A stretch of DNA of 64,000 bases from a virus. This document shows positions 8,594 to 17,377 of this stretch, piece after piece. Every line of letters begins with the position of its first letter. Within the stretch, counting starts at the first letter, position 1. The notes beneath the pieces are model-generated. The model was not told the DNA's origin. It did not search any database and was given only the letters and a program-made list of their open reading frames with translations. The position numbers and the translations under genes are program-made. Location of the stretch: positions 1-64,000 of IMG/VR virus record IMGVR_UViG_3300045988_184160; one strand, written 5' to 3'.

Positions 8594-8692
8594 CTTACTC
8601 GGTAACGTTACCAGCCGGTCCCCCAAGTTACCGGTTTGCAAGAAAACTTGGGCAGTACCCGCCGTAAACAAGAAACAGTTTGTGGCGGGCGG

Positions 8693-8765
8693 GTTTTTGT
8701 AGCTCAGTTGGTAGAGCGTCTGGCTGAAGACCAGAAGGTCCTTGGTTCGATTCCAAGCAGGAACA
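8693..8765 (+). tRNA. tRNA-Phe (GAA)
   Basis: Acceptor GTTTTTG/CAGGAAC (two G-U pairs), D arm TAGCTCAGTTGGTAGAGC, anticodon stem TCTGG/CCAGA, loop CTGAAGA, T arm CTTGG-TTCGATT-CCAAG. No CCA encoded. Confidence 0.85.
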
Positions 8766-8792
8766 CACACCCCCTCATGTGGGGGGGGGCTT

Positions 8793-8866
8793 GCTCTTCT
8801 AGCCCAATTGGCAGAGGCGGCGGACATAAAATTCGCACAGTGTGGGTTCGAATCCCACGGGGAGCA
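8793..8866 (+). tRNA. atypical tRNA-like gene, nominal anticodon TAA, isotype uncertain
   Basis: Acceptor GCTCTTC/GGGGAGC, canonical T arm GTGGG-TTCGAAT-CCCAC, anticodon stem GCGGA/TTCGC. The loop is CATAAAA (A rather than T at position 33), the variable loop is only 5 nt and the D stem only 3 bp. Confidence 0.55.
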
Positions 8867-8907
8867 CGTGGTACGGCACATTCTGTCGAGTGCCGTACCC
8901 CTGTTTT

Positions 8908-8994
8908 GGGTGGTTTGCTGAGTGGACTAAATCGTCAGTCTCGAAAACTGTTGAGGTGTAAAAACTTCCATGGCTTCTACTCCCACACCACCCG
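8908..8994 (+). tRNA. possible degenerate tRNA-Ser(CGA)-like gene or pseudogene
   Basis: Perfect 7-bp acceptor GGGTGGT/ACCACCC, anticodon stem CAGT/ACTG with loop CTCGAAA, 5-bp long variable arm GAGGT/ACTTC, 87 nt as for class II tRNA. D and T stems pair poorly (T loop TTCTACT, only 3 bp). Confidence 0.4.
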
Positions 8995-9010
8995 CACCAT
9001 TTTTTGTAAT

Positions 9011-9042
9011 ATAATTGTTCACAACATGGTGTGAACAATTAT
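9011..9042. promoter_or_regulatory. perfect 13-bp inverted repeat (operator-like) abutting the RBS of the HTH gene
   Basis: ATAATTGTTCACA-acatgg-TGTGAACAATTAT, and AGGAGA begins 2 nt downstream. Confidence 0.5.
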
Positions 9043-9054
9043 TAGGAGAAATAC

Positions 9055-9261
9055 GTGGAAGAAACCAAGGATTCTGTAAGGAAACAACTGCTGACTGTGA
9101 ATGATGCAGCGGAACTGTTGAATGTCACTCCCCAGATGGTGAGGGTGCTTATCAAAAACGGGGATATTCGTTCATATAAGCTTGGGCAGCGCAGTACCCG
9201 AATTTCGCAAGAGCACATAGATGAGTACCTTAAGTCTCGTGAGGTGAAGCAGGGGGCTTAG
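9055..9261 (+). CDS. excisionase-family / MerR-like helix-turn-helix DNA-binding protein (68 aa)
   Basis: GTG start with AGGAGA RBS. LLTVNDAAELLNVTPQMVRVLIKNGDIRSYKLGQRSTRI matches the excisionase-family HTH pattern. Confidence 0.7.
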   Translation: MEETKDSVRKQLLTVNDAAELLNVTPQMVRVLIKNGDIRSYKLGQRSTRISQEHIDEYLKSREVKQGA

Positions 9262-9287
9262 AGGGTTTTTTGCTCGCTCAAACCGCA

Positions 9288-9330
9288 GGGGACTGTTTCT
9301 ATGCACCAGAAACAGCCCCCCCCTTTTTTT
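9288..9330 (+). terminator. rho-independent terminator
   Basis: GGGGACTGTTTCT / AGAAACAGCCCC stem followed by C8 and T7. Confidence 0.8.
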
Positions 9331-9428
9331 GAAGCTTCAACCTAACATTCAGAAAGATGCGTAACCACCCTTTATCTGCTATTTTATTATGAGAAACACA
9401 ATCCTAAACAATATAAGCAAGAAATAGG

Positions 9429-10703
9429 GTGAATATGAAAATTACCATCGGAAGCCGCGAAGAGTTCCTGAAAGCACTAGACTTCGGAGGGCTCGGGCTA
9501 CCCAAAACACGCCCCGTCTACCCCATCATGGCTGCAATTAAACTGACCATCTTAGCCAAAGGAGCACACGGTGGCACCGGTGAACTAGCCGTATCATCCT
9601 ATGATGGTACAACTTGCGCCAAACACACCATCACGGCTGAGAATAGCATGTCTCAAGGCGAGTCAGCTAAGGAAATCCTAGTTAACGGTAACCTGCTTAT
9701 TGATTTGGTAAAGAATTTTCCGCATAAGCACCCCATCATCCTGCAGATAGGGAAAAACTCTAAAGATTTGGAGATGCATTGCGGAAAATATAAATGCAAC
9801 CTTCCCCTGATGCCAGTGAACGAATACCCCAACACCCCCAACGCCCCGTCAAGCATGGCCGGTGTAGTGAAGCAGCACGAATTAGCAAAATTTGTTCAGC
9901 GGCTAACCATATCAGCTGCAAAAGATGAGACGTTCCCTATTCTTACGGGGGCTAACATTACCCTAGGCGAAGACGGGATGCATGGTGTATCCACTGACAG
10001 GTACAGGCTCGTATACACCAAAATACCCTGGTCCGAAGAAGGCAAAAAAGACGCTATTGTAGGAATCCAGCAAGGCTCTTACCTGCTGAAAGCACAAGCA
10101 CTACAAGCTTTGTCTCGCAAAAGCACTGGTTACGAACTAATGGGAATCCACCCGCCAACCAAAAAAGAACAAGTCATTAACTTTACTGTTCGTGAAATTA
10201 ATCAAAATAAAACCAAAGAAAACGATGAAGACACCAACGAGATTGGATCAGCAAACACAACCCTCTTAGAAGGCGAGTATCCTGCTGCCCTTTCCATCAT
10301 TCCTAAAAACCCAGTTGCCACCGCAAGGTTTAGTAAAGAAGATATGATGGAGGCACTGAAATTTGCGAACACGAAGCTACCTCAGAACCAGCCCATCTTA
10401 TTCAAATTCGAGAACGGTGCCGTAAATATCAGCTCTGACGACAGCTCGGGCACAACAACAGAAACCACGGTTGAGGGTGCTATGCTCAATGGCGCAGAAA
10501 CCGTGGAGATAGCCTTTAACCCGCAGTATATTATTGCTGCTATTGATTCTTTCGACACCGAACAGGTTGAACTCAGGTTCGCGGCTCTTGAAGGAGTGAA
10601 ACCAGCCTACTTGGTTGGTGTTCATGAGGACGGTGAAGTGGATGAGTCGTATATTCACCTTCTTATGCCCGTTCGTAGGCAGAACAATCTAGAGGAACGG
10701 TAA
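9429..10703 (+). CDS. dnaN: DNA polymerase III beta sliding clamp
   Basis: VSTDRYRLV (cf. ATDGHRLA), IAFNPQYIIAAIDSF, C-terminal HLLMPVRRQ (cf. MPMRL). About 420 aa. The start may be the ATG at 9435. Confidence 0.85.
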   Translation: MNMKITIGSREEFLKALDFGGLGLPKTRPVYPIMAAIKLTILAKGAHGGTGELAVSSYDGTTCAKHTITAENSMSQGESAKEILVNGNLLIDLVKNFPHKHPIILQIGKNSKDLEMHCGKYKCNLPLMPVNEYPNTPNAPSSMAGVVKQHELAKFVQRLTISAAKDETFPILTGANITLGEDGMHGVSTDRYRLVYTKIPWSEEGKKDAIVGIQQGSYLLKAQALQALSRKSTGYELMGIHPPTKKEQVINFTVREINQNKTKENDEDTNEIGSANTTLLEGEYPAALSIIPKNPVATARFSKEDMMEALKFANTKLPQNQPILFKFENGAVNISSDDSSGTTTETTVEGAMLNGAETVEIAFNPQYIIAAIDSFDTEQVELRFAALEGVKPAYLVGVHEDGEVDESYIHLLMPVRRQNNLEER

Positions 10704-10709
10704 AGGGGA

Positions 10710-11531
10710 ATGCAGGATAGTAGTACTAGTTGGGTTGATAACCCAATAGCTGTTTTTGATTTAGAGACAACAGGGTTGAATGTTAGGGAAGACCGTATTG
10801 TCACTGCGTCTTTCGGTGTCCTGTCGCCTTCTGGTGAGGTGATGTGTGACGCTACAGGTGTGCCGATCATACGGGATTGGTTGATCAACCCTGGGGTTAT
10901 TATCCCTAAACAGGCTTCGGATATTCATGGTGTGACGACGCTCCGCGCGCAGAAAGAAGGTATGGAGGCGTCTGAGGGTGTTGCCCAGGTTGCGGCAATG
11001 GTTGGTTGGGCGTTGCGGCATGGCATCCCTGTGGTTGGGTACAATGTGCGGTATGATTTGTCGATGCTGGTTCACGAGACTGAGCGTCACCCAGTTGAAC
11101 GGCATGAGGTTGAACCGCTCCCCGAACTATTCCCCATCCTTGACCCGTACCCGATCTTCAAACACCTCTACAAATACAGGAAAGGCAGCAAAACCCTAAC
11201 GAAAGCCGCCGATTTCTACGGCATCAACCTAGACAACGCCCACAGCTCCCACGAAGACGCCCTAGCCGCTGGTCGGGTTCTGCAAGCTATCGGTGCGCAG
11301 GACCCGGTTTTCAGGAACATGACAGCTGGTGAGCTGCACGAAACCATTATTGGGTTGTACGATGAGCAGGACAGGGACTACCAGGAGTACCTGATGCGTA
11401 ACCACGTGGAGAAACAGACACCGCTACGGGTTGTGGAACGCGGGTTCCCAACATATCTGCCAGAGTCACAGCAGTACACGCTCACCGAGTTACGCGCATT
11501 GTGCCTAGAGAGAAGCACACCGCCTAGCTAG
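10710..11531 (+). CDS. DEDDh 3'-5' exonuclease (DnaQ/epsilon-like)
   Basis: Exo I AVFDLETTGL, Exo II VVGYNVRYDLSML, Exo III HSSHEDALAAGRV. Starts 7 nt after the dnaN stop. Confidence 0.85.
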   Translation: MQDSSTSWVDNPIAVFDLETTGLNVREDRIVTASFGVLSPSGEVMCDATGVPIIRDWLINPGVIIPKQASDIHGVTTLRAQKEGMEASEGVAQVAAMVGWALRHGIPVVGYNVRYDLSMLVHETERHPVERHEVEPLPELFPILDPYPIFKHLYKYRKGSKTLTKAADFYGINLDNAHSSHEDALAAGRVLQAIGAQDPVFRNMTAGELHETIIGLYDEQDRDYQEYLMRNHVEKQTPLRVVERGFPTYLPESQQYTLTELRALCLERSTPPS

Positions 11532-11632
11532 AGAAACATTAGGTCTCTTCGCGGGGTGCTTGCACTGGTCTTCAATGGCTGGTGCGGCACCCCAAATTTA
11601 TTGTGAATAAACGTTTTGAGTAAGGAAAGAAT

Positions 11633-12055
11633 ATGGTTTTAGATAATCTTGACGGTTTATATGACCGCGTGAAGGAAGCCTTCGACACCATCCAAGCGGG
11701 TGCTACTGAGAGGGCATGGTTTAATGGGCGTATTAACGCGCTACGTCTAGCTGAGGGCAGGGTCAGTGAAGAGGATAATGGAGAGCCGCAGGTAGCCCAG
11801 GATCTTGTCGCGGTTACCCTCGGAGGGCTGTCACTCGACGAGCTGAAACAAGCTGTTGAAGATGCCCGCTGGTCCGCAGACAACCTAGACGAAAACACCC
11901 TAGTGTACTGGGTTGCTTTCCACACCCTAACCCACCTGCTGCAGGTGCTCGGCACCCCAGAATACCCGCGCCACAAAATGCTCCTGCTGAAACTCAACAA
12001 AACCGCTACAACCCCGCTATCGCGCACAACCGTGAACGGCAGAGTGAAACAGTGA
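11633..12055 (+). CDS. hypothetical protein (140 aa)
   Basis: ATG with AAGGAAAG RBS. The overlapping minus ORF 11572..12105 looks like junk. Confidence 0.6.
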   Translation: MVLDNLDGLYDRVKEAFDTIQAGATERAWFNGRINALRLAEGRVSEEDNGEPQVAQDLVAVTLGGLSLDELKQAVEDARWSADNLDENTLVYWVAFHTLTHLLQVLGTPEYPRHKMLLLKLNKTATTPLSRTTVNGRVKQ

Positions 12056-12147
12056 ATGTGACACAATTCTCCGTAAACGGTTTTGTGTAAACAGCCACCA
12101 ATCATGTATGCTTTATATGTGTCCGAAACACAGCGGGCAACATATAA

Positions 12148-12222
12148 CGGAGTGTGGCGTAGCTTGGCTAACGCGCCTGCTTTGGGAGCAGGAGATCGCA
12201 GGTTCGAATCCTGTCACTCCGA
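12148..12222 (+). tRNA. tRNA-Pro (TGG)
   Basis: Acceptor CGGAGTG/CACTCCG, D stem GCGT/ACGC, anticodon stem CCTGC/GCAGG, loop TTTGGGA, T arm GCAGG-TTCGAAT-CCTGT. Confidence 0.9.
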
Positions 12223-12338
12223 CGAAACACCAGAAATGGTGTTTCCGTATGATGTTCTTTGCGAAGAGAATACGACCCCCACCCTGTGGGGGGTCTCATT
12301 GGTTGAGATGAATACGATGTGATGTGTGTGAATAAAAG

Positions 12339-12391
12339 ATACGGGGTTTCTCAAACGGGGCGGAAAACAGTTTGAGAATCCCCGTATTTTT
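12339..12391. terminator. bidirectional rho-independent terminator between tRNA-Pro (+) and folA (-)
   Basis: 18-bp stem ATACGGGGTTTCTCAAAC / GTTTGAGAATCCCCGTAT (1 mismatch) with T-runs on both strands. Confidence 0.75.
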
Positions 12392-12402
12392 GCGCCTAAT
12401 TT

Positions 12403-13089
12403 TTAGGTGCGGGCTAGGGTTTGGAACGAATATTTCATGGGGTGTTTCTTGCCTTGCGATCCTAGTAGATACCCGTTTTCGCTTCTCTCCCAAATGCTCT
12501 GGTTGAGGGCACCCCATTGCACTGGTTTATTTGTCCTAGAAAGTTCTTCTGTGGTGAGTTTAGGGGCGTAGGTGTCACCCGTAATCTCGGCATCTTCTAG
12601 GGAAGCTAGGAGGGTACGTTCAATAATCTCAACGCGCCCAAATACTGGTAAATCCTCGCGGGAAAGCGCTTCCACATAGATGGAGCCGCCACCAATGATC
12701 CAAGCAGTAACTCGCTGATGTGGTGAATCTGGGTGCTGGGTAGCGTTGGGTGCTAAAGGCGTGTTGCCTGCGAGGGTGAGAGCCGCATCTAGCGAAGACA
12801 CCCAAAACGCACCATCACGCTCAACAGGCTTTGAATCCAACGGGGCGCTGCGGCTAATCACAATATTGGTTCGCTCAGGTAAGGGACGGAAACACGATGG
12901 AAAAGACTCCCAAGTGCGCCGCCCCATAATAACAGGCTTACCCACAGTAACAGCTTTGAAATGCGCAAGATCCTCAGGGGCATACCAAGGCATAGTGCCG
13001 TCACGCCCAATAACACCTGCACTGGTTTGCGCCCAGATAGCGCCAAGACACGGGATTGCTGCGGGTAGCTGATGATCCTGTTTACTCAT
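12403..13089 (-). CDS. folA: dihydrofolate reductase (long form, 228 aa)
   Basis: VIGRDGTMPW, GKPVIMGRRTWESFP, NIVISR, WIIGGGSIYVEAL. Extra N-terminal residues and internal insertions relative to the ~160-aa enzymes. Confidence 0.85.
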   Translation of the reverse strand: MSKQDHQLPAAIPCLGAIWAQTSAGVIGRDGTMPWYAPEDLAHFKAVTVGKPVIMGRRTWESFPSCFRPLPERTNIVISRSAPLDSKPVERDGAFWVSSLDAALTLAGNTPLAPNATQHPDSPHQRVTAWIIGGGSIYVEALSREDLPVFGRVEIIERTLLASLEDAEITGDTYAPKLTTEELSRTNKPVQWGALNQSIWERSENGYLLGSQGKKHPMKYSFQTLART

Positions 13090-13098
13090 TGCACACCC

Positions 13099-13974
13099 CT
13101 ATACTGCCACAGGCGCAGTGATTTTAGGATGGTGCTTATAATCGACGAGTTCAAAGTCTTCGTACTCGTACTCAAAGATAGACGGTTTCTGTGTTTTGAT
13201 AACGAGTTTGGGGTACGGGTAGGGTTCACGCGGGGGATAGGGGTTACCTTCGGTGTCAGTCCCGTAGCCGAGCTGCTTTTTCACCTGTTCTAGGTGGTTG
13301 GAGTAGATGTGGCAGTCGCCGCCTGTCCAGACGAAATCCCCAGGGGTCATGCCAGCCTCGTGGGCGATCAGGTAGGTCAGCAGGGCGTAGGAGGCGATAT
13401 TGAAGGGTACACCCAAGAACATGTCGGCGCTACGCTGATACAGCTGACATGACAGTTCCTTCACCCCGTCAGGACGCTCGCTCACATAGAACTGGAACAT
13501 GGTATGACATGGGGGGAGAGCCATATCATCAACCTCAGCAGGGTTCCATGCCGAAACAATATGCCGGCGGGAGAATGGTGCAGTTTTTAGCGATTCAATA
13601 ACCCTGCTGATCTGGTCAATCGTACCCCCATCAGGTGCAGCCCAGGAGCGCCACTGCTTCCCATACACGGGACCGAGGTCACCGTTCTCATCAGCCCACT
13701 CATCCCAGATAGTCACGCCGCGCTCCTGCAACCAGCGAACATTCGTGGAGCCACGCAGGAACCACAGAAGCTCCACCGCCACCGATTTGAAATGCACGCG
13801 CTTAGTAGTGATCAGAGGGAAAGAATCACGCAGATCGAAACGCATCTGCCGCCCGAAAATACCAATGGCTCCTGTCCCAGTCCGGTCTTGGCGTTGCACA
13901 CCCGCCTCTAAAGCATCCTTGTTTTCATCCAGGATTTCACGTAGCAGGTTCTCGTAAGGGGTGGGTACTCTCAT
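13099..13974 (-). CDS. thyA: thymidylate synthase
   Basis: Aligns nearly full length by eye with E. coli ThyA: [68 protein letters not shown]. Confidence 0.95.
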   Translation of the reverse strand: MRVPTPYENLLREILDENKDALEAGVQRQDRTGTGAIGIFGRQMRFDLRDSFPLITTKRVHFKSVAVELLWFLRGSTNVRWLQERGVTIWDEWADENGDLGPVYGKQWRSWAAPDGGTIDQISRVIESLKTAPFSRRHIVSAWNPAEVDDMALPPCHTMFQFYVSERPDGVKELSCQLYQRSADMFLGVPFNIASYALLTYLIAHEAGMTPGDFVWTGGDCHIYSNHLEQVKKQLGYGTDTEGNPYPPREPYPYPKLVIKTQKPSIFEYEYEDFELVDYKHHPKITAPVAV

Positions 13975-14140
13975 TAGGGTTTCCTTCCAATGTGGTGTTT
14001 TTGTAGTTGCACACTACATTATAGGGTAATGCGAACAGGTTTAAGGTGAACAGACTCGGGGGCACCTGTACCAGCCGTAAGAGGGGTATTGTTGCATATA
14101 ACAAATCATGCCCAGCAAGCAGTGAAGGATTCATGAAACC

Positions 14141-14923
14141 ATGAGTAAAACCACGACCGTATATCTGAAAAACTGTGCTACCAGCCGCAAAGAAGACCAA
14201 TTAGATATCCCTATCATCCTGGAACACGCAACCATAAATCCAGACGCAACGTACCTGCTCGCAATCGAAGAAGCTGGTTGCAATGAATACTTAGGATTCG
14301 ATGAAGGGTATATAGTTTGCAAAAGCAGCATTTGGATATTCGGAGGAAACTATTTCTACCGCGCCGACACAGAAAAGCAAAGCTCAGTGATTTGCCCCCA
14401 CGATCTGCTGATACCGGTTAGTGACCTACCTACGCAGGGTGGGTGGTTTATGGTTGATGGGCGCACCTTCAAGGAGGGTGCGGACGGTACGTTAGAGTTT
14501 CAGCTCAAAATCCCTAAGAGCGAAGAAGAATACCAGCCTCTTTCCCTAGAGCGTGAAATGCCGAAATCCACCCCGCATGACGCACAGGATTGGGCTGTCG
14601 GTGACGTACTCTATTCGAGTAGCGGGTGGCAACGAACGAACGCTGATTTCGCGGTTGTTTCCGGTAAAACTGATAAAACAGTATGGTTTGTGATGCTTGA
14701 TAATGGTGGAACTCTCGGCATGTCCTATGGGTTTGTATCCCCGAATAAGGCGCATTATAAGTTTGTGATGGGTGCTGTCGAAGCAGTCAGGAAGCAGCGG
14801 GGGAATCGTAGGACGAAAGGTCATGTGGGAAGGATGTCCCGTATTAATAATAAGAACGGGATATCTGCAGATAGTATGCATTTCTGGGGCTGGGATGGTG
14901 AACGGAAAATGTTCACTGGGTAA
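14141..14923 (+). CDS. hypothetical protein, paralogue of 16598..17377
   Basis: C-terminal halves align: MPKSTPHDAQDWAVGDVLYSSSGWQRTNADFAVVSGKTDKTVWF versus MPAATPTKAEHWEIGSVLHSRNGYDQTNADFAIVVRKTDYYAWF. Confidence 0.7.
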   Translation: MSKTTTVYLKNCATSRKEDQLDIPIILEHATINPDATYLLAIEEAGCNEYLGFDEGYIVCKSSIWIFGGNYFYRADTEKQSSVICPHDLLIPVSDLPTQGGWFMVDGRTFKEGADGTLEFQLKIPKSEEEYQPLSLEREMPKSTPHDAQDWAVGDVLYSSSGWQRTNADFAVVSGKTDKTVWFVMLDNGGTLGMSYGFVSPNKAHYKFVMGAVEAVRKQRGNRRTKGHVGRMSRINNKNGISADSMHFWGWDGERKMFTG

Positions 14924-15001
14924 TAGGGGTAGTGAGGATATGAAAGGGTGTGAAGCCGTGAAAAGCTTCACACCCCTTGTTCATAGGTGAATCTTACTAC
15001 T

Positions 15002-15754
15002 TTAATGTGTTCTTTCCCATAACCAGTATGATTGGGTTGTTTCACCAAATATTCGTGGCGGGTATGTCTCGTACCAGAACTCGTAGATTTTTCCTCTCAA
15101 CCATTCCACGCCGGTGATAGCGGCGCTTTCCACGTTTTTTGATGCTCCTGTTTTGCGTGGGTGGAGTGTTATGGGGCTGGTTCGTGATGCACTGTTTAGG
15201 GATTCTAAAAACTGTTCTATGGTGTCTAAGCGCCCTCCAGCTTCCATAGTGTTTTCCAGTATGGTGGTGAACATGTCTGTGCGTGCATCCGTTTCACCTG
15301 TGAGCCACGGGTTGATGTGCTCGTGTAGTTCCTCAAGGTTTATTGTCCCGTTTTCTTGCAGTAGCCCTGGGTTGCTGGTGAGCCCGTACACGTCTTCCCC
15401 GTACTCGGCGCAGGCCCGTAGCGCGTCATACCCAGTTGCTAGTTGGCACATCTCACTGATGCCCTCTGTTTCTATGACTATGCTTTCAACGCCATGTAGG
15501 GAAGCAAAAATCTCCCCCTTACCGCCACCGATAACCCGCTCACCAACGAGTAAATCCTGGTCAAGGCGGAGAGCTAACTCGCCTTTAGAAACTAAGACAC
15601 GTTTCACTTTCACCGGACCAACAATGGGGATATAAACCTCATTTGGTTTCAGTTTATGCACCGACAGGCGTGCGCCCCTGTACGCGAAAGGTAGCTTCAG
15701 GAAAATACTTGGGTCATGCGTTGTCAAAGTAAAAAGTGTGCCCTCGGGTGACAC
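15002..15754 (-). CDS. hypothetical protein (start uncertain)
   Basis: GTG at 15754. The frame stays open upstream to 15901 without another ATG/GTG/TTG. No motif recognised. Confidence 0.6.
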   Translation of the reverse strand: MSPEGTLFTLTTHDPSIFLKLPFAYRGARLSVHKLKPNEVYIPIVGPVKVKRVLVSKGELALRLDQDLLVGERVIGGGKGEIFASLHGVESIVIETEGISEMCQLATGYDALRACAEYGEDVYGLTSNPGLLQENGTINLEELHEHINPWLTGETDARTDMFTTILENTMEAGGRLDTIEQFLESLNSASRTSPITLHPRKTGASKNVESAAITGVEWLRGKIYEFWYETYPPRIFGETTQSYWLWERTH

Positions 15755-15955
15755 TCCAGCTAGTAGTTTCGGGGCGCAGGTGAGGATGATCGTTCCGGGT
15801 TGGGTGAGTTTCCGTAGCGCCGTGTATGTGTTGACTGTTATGGCTCCGCTCCTAGCTGTGTTTATTTCCCTCCCATCATAAAGGGAAACCGCCAGCTGGT
15901 GCTAGAATTACAGTCGTAACCCATAAAAACAAGCAAATACCCAAAGGAAAAACCA

Positions 15956-16531
15956 ATGCGTGAACCAGCACACCCCCAGAAACGGTGGGGCGCACCGAAA
16001 GTCACCATCAGAACAAACCAGCAGCACCAAAAAATATGGGGGATCGAATACTCGGACCCTGCCACAGGCACAGTATTCACCGCAGTAGAATCCGCGTCCG
16101 CCCTCCCAGTGTTCATAAACACACCCGAAAAGCTCGGGGAGTACTGGGGTGCTTTCACCCGCTACAACCCCGCAACGCACCAGACCATCAACGAAATACA
16201 CGAGCTCACCAAGCGCCCTGACCCGCAGCGGCTCAACGAGCTGCACTATGACCTGCTCACCAGCTTCGGGCGTTTCCTCACCACCGCAGCAACAGCTATA
16301 AACCACCCAGAGAACCCCCAAGACAAGGGCGGGCACCGGAGAATCGACTACGAGGATGTACAAAGAAACTTCCTGCACGCCTTCCGAAACAAGGGTACAC
16401 AAGAACCTCTCCCCCGCACCCCCGCACCAGTGAGAGTTTCCCACACTGACGCATACGACAGGTACGCCGCGTACACGATTGAAGGGAAACGGTATTTACC
16501 TGGGCACAGGGTGCAACCCATGTTCGACTAG
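15956..16531 (+). CDS. hypothetical protein (191 aa)
   Basis: ATG with AAGGAAAAA RBS. Preferred over the antisense ORF 15908..16444. Confidence 0.6.
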   Translation: MREPAHPQKRWGAPKVTIRTNQQHQKIWGIEYSDPATGTVFTAVESASALPVFINTPEKLGEYWGAFTRYNPATHQTINEIHELTKRPDPQRLNELHYDLLTSFGRFLTTAATAINHPENPQDKGGHRRIDYEDVQRNFLHAFRNKGTQEPLPRTPAPVRVSHTDAYDRYAAYTIEGKRYLPGHRVQPMFD

Positions 16532-16597
16532 AAAGGGATATGCGGGGTTTGTTATAGGAGTAGACAAAGAAAAACCCAAGCGAAAGGGACAACCACT

Positions 16598-17377
16598 GTG
16601 GCGCAAGAAACATGGACAGTGACCATCGCGACCCACCCGCACGACCCTGAAAACATCCTCAAAAGGATCCACGCCTACGAGGACTCAACACCGATTCTGC
16701 TAGGGGTAAGCAGACCGCTATCAGCATGGGATGGATCATTACCCCCAGAAACACCCAACAGGTGCGGCATCTACATATTCTACGAGGCAAGGTTTTACCC
16801 CATCAGGCACGACGGTGGGGAGCAACTACATTTCACGCCATATGAGCTTAATACACCACCCAGCATGCTCGTACCCGCAGGGTGGATAGTGTGCACCAAA
16901 GAACAATTCACGCTCAACATGCACGGGGATATAGAAGTCACAATACCCACCAGCTCCGAGGTGACCCCCTTCGAACCAGAGAAACCCATGCCAGCGGCAA
17001 CACCCACGAAAGCGGAACACTGGGAAATCGGGAGTGTCCTGCACTCACGGAACGGGTACGACCAAACAAACGCCGACTTCGCTATCGTTGTCAGGAAAAC
17101 CGACTACTACGCATGGTTCATCGAATCCCCCACCCAACTATGGGACGAAAAAGCCTACCACACCGTAGTACCAGACGAACGATTCTGGAAAGTCGCCACC
17201 ACCGCAGCCCAAGCCGTTAACCGCCACTACGAGCGCACCAAGAAAAGGCTACAGGTAGGCATGCGCAGGAAAATAATCACACTCAACAATCATGGTGAAG
17301 AAGACATTATACAAGACAGTGTCTACCGCATATACCACGGGTGGAACGGGTCACCAGCACACCAAAACTGGAACTAA
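16598..17377 (+). CDS. hypothetical protein, paralogue of 14141..14923
   Basis: GTG start with AAGGGA RBS. Shares the TNADFA(V/I)V-containing C-terminal domain. Confidence 0.7.
   Translation: MAQETWTVTIATHPHDPENILKRIHAYEDSTPILLGVSRPLSAWDGSLPPETPNRCGIYIFYEARFYPIRHDGGEQLHFTPYELNTPPSMLVPAGWIVCTKEQFTLNMHGDIEVTIPTSSEVTPFEPEKPMPAATPTKAEHWEIGSVLHSRNGYDQTNADFAIVVRKTDYYAWFIESPTQLWDEKAYHTVVPDERFWKVATTAAQAVNRHYERTKKRLQVGMRRKIITLNNHGEEDIIQDSVYRIYHGWNGSPAHQNWN

Noticed and set aside
8531-9038. ORFs overlapping tRNA genes (8531..8881, 8636..9034, 8799..9038; also 6762..6959, 12083..12322, 12108..12311, 23818..24000)
   Set aside because: They run through well-folded tRNA genes and terminator hairpins, have no RBS and give implausible protein sequences.
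13099-13974. Intron, intein or frameshift in thyA (common in phage thyA genes)
   Set aside because: The ORF is uninterrupted and aligns end to end with bacterial ThyA by eye, with no insertion.
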